A DNA stretch of 64,000 nt, taken from positions 6,656,001-6,720,000 of the forward strand of contig OZ240241.1 in NCBI GenBank assembly GCA_965198115.1, read 5' to 3'. How positions within the stretch are numbered: position 1 is the first letter of the stretch; the number at the start of each line of letters is the position of its first letter. The notes under the pieces are model-generated. The model had not been told where the DNA came from. It did not search any database and saw nothing but the letters and a program-made list of their open reading frames with translations. This document shows, piece after piece, positions 60,932-64,000 of the stretch. A program made the position numbers and the translations under genes. This DNA comes from Candidatus Latescibacterota bacterium (GTDB lineage: Bacteria > Latescibacterota > UBA2968).

Positions 60932-61467
60932 GGATTCACGTAACCTTTTACCGCCTTCCTTTCGATCAGGCGATACAAGGCGACCTGCTCGTCGTGATTG
61001 AACGGAAAGGCGCGTTCACCATATAGGGCCTCGATCTCCTTACAGGTTTCCTTGACACGATCTGACAGTTCGAGTGGATAGCCCATAACCTCTCTGTTCT
61101 GCTCGTACTCTTCCTCGTCCAGCCGCTCCAGGCGGCCATCTAGGTGAATGCGATAGTCGAGATCCAGGTCGACCCATTCAAGGCCGTTCTCTGTCATTCG
61201 TGTCGGCGTGGAGAGATGCGCATACGCTCGATTGATGTTCAGGTTCTGCTCACAGATGTGCCAGACGACATACCATCGTGCTTTGAAATAAAGACCGAGG
61301 ATGCCGTCACTCACCTCCGCGTGTGACCGATGGCGATGGTCGTAGTTGTCCGTCCCTGGTGGTGTGTAGACGACCCAACCCTCCTCGTCTTCGCGACAAA
61401 GGAAGCTCTCGCATCGGTCACGCAGGGTGCCGTCGTACTTTTTCGAGATGATCTGGACCTTCGTCAC
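60928..61467 (-). CDS. DUF402-family protein (nucleoside diphosphatase-like)
   Basis: KYDG, WY, STP, WVDLDLD..LDEEEY..MGYP. Confidence 0.85.
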   Translation of the reverse strand: MTKVQIISKKYDGTLRDRCESFLCREDEEGWVVYTPPGTDNYDHRHRSHAEVSDGILGLYFKARWYVVWHICEQNLNINRAYAHLSTPTRMTENGLEWVDLDLDYRIHLDGRLERLDEEEYEQNREVMGYPLELSDRVKETCKEIEALYGERAFPFNHDEQVALYRLIERKAVKGYVNP

Positions 61468-62168
61468 GTGCGTTCAGCCATTCTTACATTTTTCTTCCAG
61501 AAGTTGCCGACGAAAGTCCAGCGTTCACGACCGTCCGAATTGCTGCCGCCGTGGAGAATCTTCGCGTGGCGGAAGAGAACGTCACCGGGTTGAAGCGTGA
61601 TCCTGACCATCCCTGGCATGGGAGATTTCCTTTCCGATCTGATTCGCTCTTCGTGGTCTAGCAGGGGTCGATCGTGCGACGCGGGCAACAGCCTGTGGCA
61701 GTTGTCATGCGGTTTGAGCGGTGTCTGGAAACAGCAGCTCCGTCCGACATCGAGCGCCAGAGCTTCCACCGTATACGGACCTTTGGATCGGCCACCGCCA
61801 TCCCGATGCCAACCCCACCCGGGGCTCGGGTCGCTGTCCTGGCCGGCAAAGAGCATGCTGAGTTTCGTACAGGTTACCTTTCCATCCAATAGAAATTCGA
61901 CTCTGGGCACAATGTCCGTTTCCAGCCACTCCACAAAGTAAGGATCGTGGCTCTTGTATTTGGAATGGGGGTCCAGAAATCCGCGGACGTGTGACTTGGG
62001 AATCGTCTGCTCCGCGTCGGCCCACTTGATCCTGGTTTTTCCTCGACGGGCGTCCGAGATCATGGACCGGATGATCTCACTCAACTTCCTGACCGTTTCC
62101 GATGGCAGGATTTGACGAAGTACCAGATAACCCTGCTCGTGGAAAAGCTGCCTGTGTTCAGGTGTCAC
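61464..62168 (-). CDS. Phytanoyl-CoA dioxygenase (PhyH) family Fe/2OG enzyme
   Basis: FHEQGYLVL, WHRD, LPASH, LQPGDVLF..ILHGG..N..R. Confidence 0.85.
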   Translation of the reverse strand: MTPEHRQLFHEQGYLVLRQILPSETVRKLSEIIRSMISDARRGKTRIKWADAEQTIPKSHVRGFLDPHSKYKSHDPYFVEWLETDIVPRVEFLLDGKVTCTKLSMLFAGQDSDPSPGWGWHRDGGGRSKGPYTVEALALDVGRSCCFQTPLKPHDNCHRLLPASHDRPLLDHEERIRSERKSPMPGMVRITLQPGDVLFRHAKILHGGSNSDGRERWTFVGNFWKKNVRMAERT

Positions 62169-62243
62169 ATTACTGTCTCCGTTGCGAACCGTCGGGTGCT
62201 GGTTCTGGAGACTACCCCGGGTGGTTGGAGGTTTTAGACAACT

Positions 62244-62879
62244 GTGACTCACCTTGTCTCTACAACTCAAACGTGGGATCATTGCGAAGTAGCGACTGAC
62301 AGGCTACGCAAAGGGAGCTTAAATGGATTCGACGAAAGCGGATCAGCCCCTTCTCTTCAGGGCGGGAAAGAAACTGACGGCGACTGCCATTGCAGACCCG
62401 TCGATTACGATCGTCGAGGTGGGAAGAACGCTCGGATTCCTCATTGCCGAATCTATGAGACCGGGTCTGTTGTCGCGAAACTCCACCTGGAAAACGTGAG
62501 TTGGATCCGTCGCGATAGGAAGCGATCGTGGCTGGGCCGACAGCGCCGAAAACAGAGACTGCGATATCGAGCGTTCGGAGCCGTCTCTTTGTATCGTCAC
62601 GATTCGGGCGTCTTCGTGGCACAGGACGCTGCATCGGGAAAGGTCCTCCCGTTTCCGAGTTCCGAGCCCTATGCGGTGACTTTCATCAGCAAAGATGAAT
62701 ACGACGAGCTCTACGGAAAAATTCAACGTGAGGCCGTCGATGAACTCCTGCAATCCTTGAGACAAGCAGCCAACGAAATCTCCGCGTTCTCCTTCGTCGG
62801 GGATACGCTGACGGGTCCGCCCAATTATGCCTGCTTCACGCCGGAGGAATTGGAAGAGGCCATCCTGCACGTAGAATAA
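62244..62879 (+). CDS. Hypothetical protein (start uncertain)
   Basis: 211-aa ORF; only the C-terminal half looks protein-like. Confidence 0.3.
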   Translation: MTHLVSTTQTWDHCEVATDRLRKGSLNGFDESGSAPSLQGGKETDGDCHCRPVDYDRRGGKNARIPHCRIYETGSVVAKLHLENVSWIRRDRKRSWLGRQRRKQRLRYRAFGAVSLYRHDSGVFVAQDAASGKVLPFPSSEPYAVTFISKDEYDELYGKIQREAVDELLQSLRQAANEISAFSFVGDTLTGPPNYACFTPEELEEAILHVE

Positions 62880-62896
62880 CCTCCGCGAAACGCCGA

Positions 62897-63493
62897 TTAT
62901 CTCCTGGATAGGGGGGATGGTTGCGGATGTTGTCGTCCAATCTCAACCGGCGATCTGCACGGACTTTTCCTGAATCGCGCCGTGACAGCCTGATAGGCGA
63001 GAAGTGTGATCAAGTCCTTCGCCAGCTCGACCCGATCGCGGAGGTCGTCGAGTTCTTCGTGTGTGAAATCCAGTCGGGGCAAGAATTCGACGTAGTTGGC
63101 GATTTGCATTTCGATGAGATCGCGGATGAGTTCGGGTGTGACTTCGACTTGCAGGTTGCTGATTCGATTGTAGAGTGAGGGTCTAGGATCGCCGATAAGC
63201 TCGAAAAACGTCCTTCGCCTGGTTACGCAGAACAGGAACGCCAACTGCTCGGCTTCTTCCCCAATGACATGACGAATTTTCTCCCTGTCCTCGAACGACA
63301 CGGACTCCGTCCGATACGACTCTGTCCCGTAGATACTGTGGAATAGGCCTGCGAGGCAAACGTGACTCACGTTTCCCCAGGATTCGAGGAGATCGTGGGT
63401 CCCGCGAAGGTGATCAAGGAGAGCGGCGCCGCTATGTGGGTTCGTGTCCGTGTACAGATCGGCGAGGAGATCCAGATGTTCCTGTTTGATCAT
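62897..63493 (-). CDS. DUF6817-type HD-like domain protein
   Basis: HSG..LLDHLRGT..LL..WG, AGLFHSIYGT, IGEEAEQLAFLFC. Confidence 0.8.
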   Translation of the reverse strand: MIKQEHLDLLADLYTDTNPHSGAALLDHLRGTHDLLESWGNVSHVCLAGLFHSIYGTESYRTESVSFEDREKIRHVIGEEAEQLAFLFCVTRRRTFFELIGDPRPSLYNRISNLQVEVTPELIRDLIEMQIANYVEFLPRLDFTHEELDDLRDRVELAKDLITLLAYQAVTARFRKSPCRSPVEIGRQHPQPSPLSRR

Positions 63494-63517
63494 TGGTTCC
63501 TTGTGGTGTTCGACTCA

Positions 63518-63859
63518 TCAGTTAGGTTCACAGTTCTGCCGATCGTAATTTCTGACTGCCATACCTTGAATTTGTTTGAACCCGAGCTTTGCGTAGAATC
63601 CAGACACGTCGTCGTCACACACGAGATCGATCATATACAGATTCTCGAGCGTCGTGACCATCCGCCTGACAAGCTCCGAGCCGATGCCTTTTCCCTGCCA
63701 TTCTGGGAGTACTTCGAGGTGTGTGATGTAGGCACACGAGACACCATCGGTGATTGCGCTGATCCGACCGACAACACGATCGGTGGCTTGTAGTAATCTG
63801 CCCAGCATCGTCGTCCACTTCGAGAAGCCAGGTGGCAAGGGCAGGACCTCTTCGATCAT
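63518..63859 (-). CDS. GNAT acetyltransferase (start uncertain)
   Basis: AITDGVSCAYITHLEVLPEWQGKGIGSEL, YMIDLVCD, FYAKLGF. Confidence 0.8.
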   Translation of the reverse strand: MIEEVLPLPPGFSKWTTMLGRLLQATDRVVGRISAITDGVSCAYITHLEVLPEWQGKGIGSELVRRMVTTLENLYMIDLVCDDDVSGFYAKLGFKQIQGMAVRNYDRQNCEPN

Positions 63860-64000
63860 AGCCGACTTTTTTCCGATCGATCTAAAGAAAGAACTTGGGT
63901 AGCCTAAGTGCTTGCCGTGTGAAGGCCACCCAATAGACTTGCGTAGCCTGGGTCGAACTGTCGCTACAACGAGCATCTTGTACATACTAAGGAAGGGCGA

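Noticed and set aside
1-64000. tRNA, rRNA, prophage or defence systems
   Set aside because: No cloverleaf, rRNA-like tract, phage structural genes, integrase or RM/TA motifs recognised

Overview
64 kb of GC-rich chromosomal DNA from a diderm bacterium (it encodes outer-membrane beta-barrel proteins). The style, with cytoplasmic sulfatase, amidohydrolases, PhyH, a PmoA-like protein and MacB permeases, resembles Latescibacterota/Poribacteria-type MAGs; this is inference only. About 55 mostly metabolic genes: pyrE, cysK, moaA, moaB, an acetoin/pyruvate-dehydrogenase-like E2-ADH-E1a-E1b cluster, sulfite/nitrite reductase plus ferredoxin, transketolase-like enzyme, and a two-component cluster. Two insertion sequences: a partial IS630 at the left edge, and a complete 1390-bp IS256 with an 8-bp target duplication that splits an amidohydrolase gene. 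No rRNA, tRNA, CRISPR array or prophage was recognised. Many genes carry single-base frameshifts, often in homopolymers, so assembly error is likely for some. Most notable: (1) a signal-peptide 5'-nucleotidase-fold protein that has lost almost all metal ligands and is fused to a C-terminal beta-barrel; (2) a window-wide set of degenerate 7/8/9-mer tandem repeats at gene junctions, with REP-like hairpins nested in or beside them, including a direct repeat bracketing the ADH gene; (3) a His-less hybrid pseudokinase in an HDOD two-component cluster; (4) a penicillin-acylase-family protein with an HTH-like N-terminus in a sulfur-scavenging operon. All functional calls are from motif recognition by eye, not database searches.
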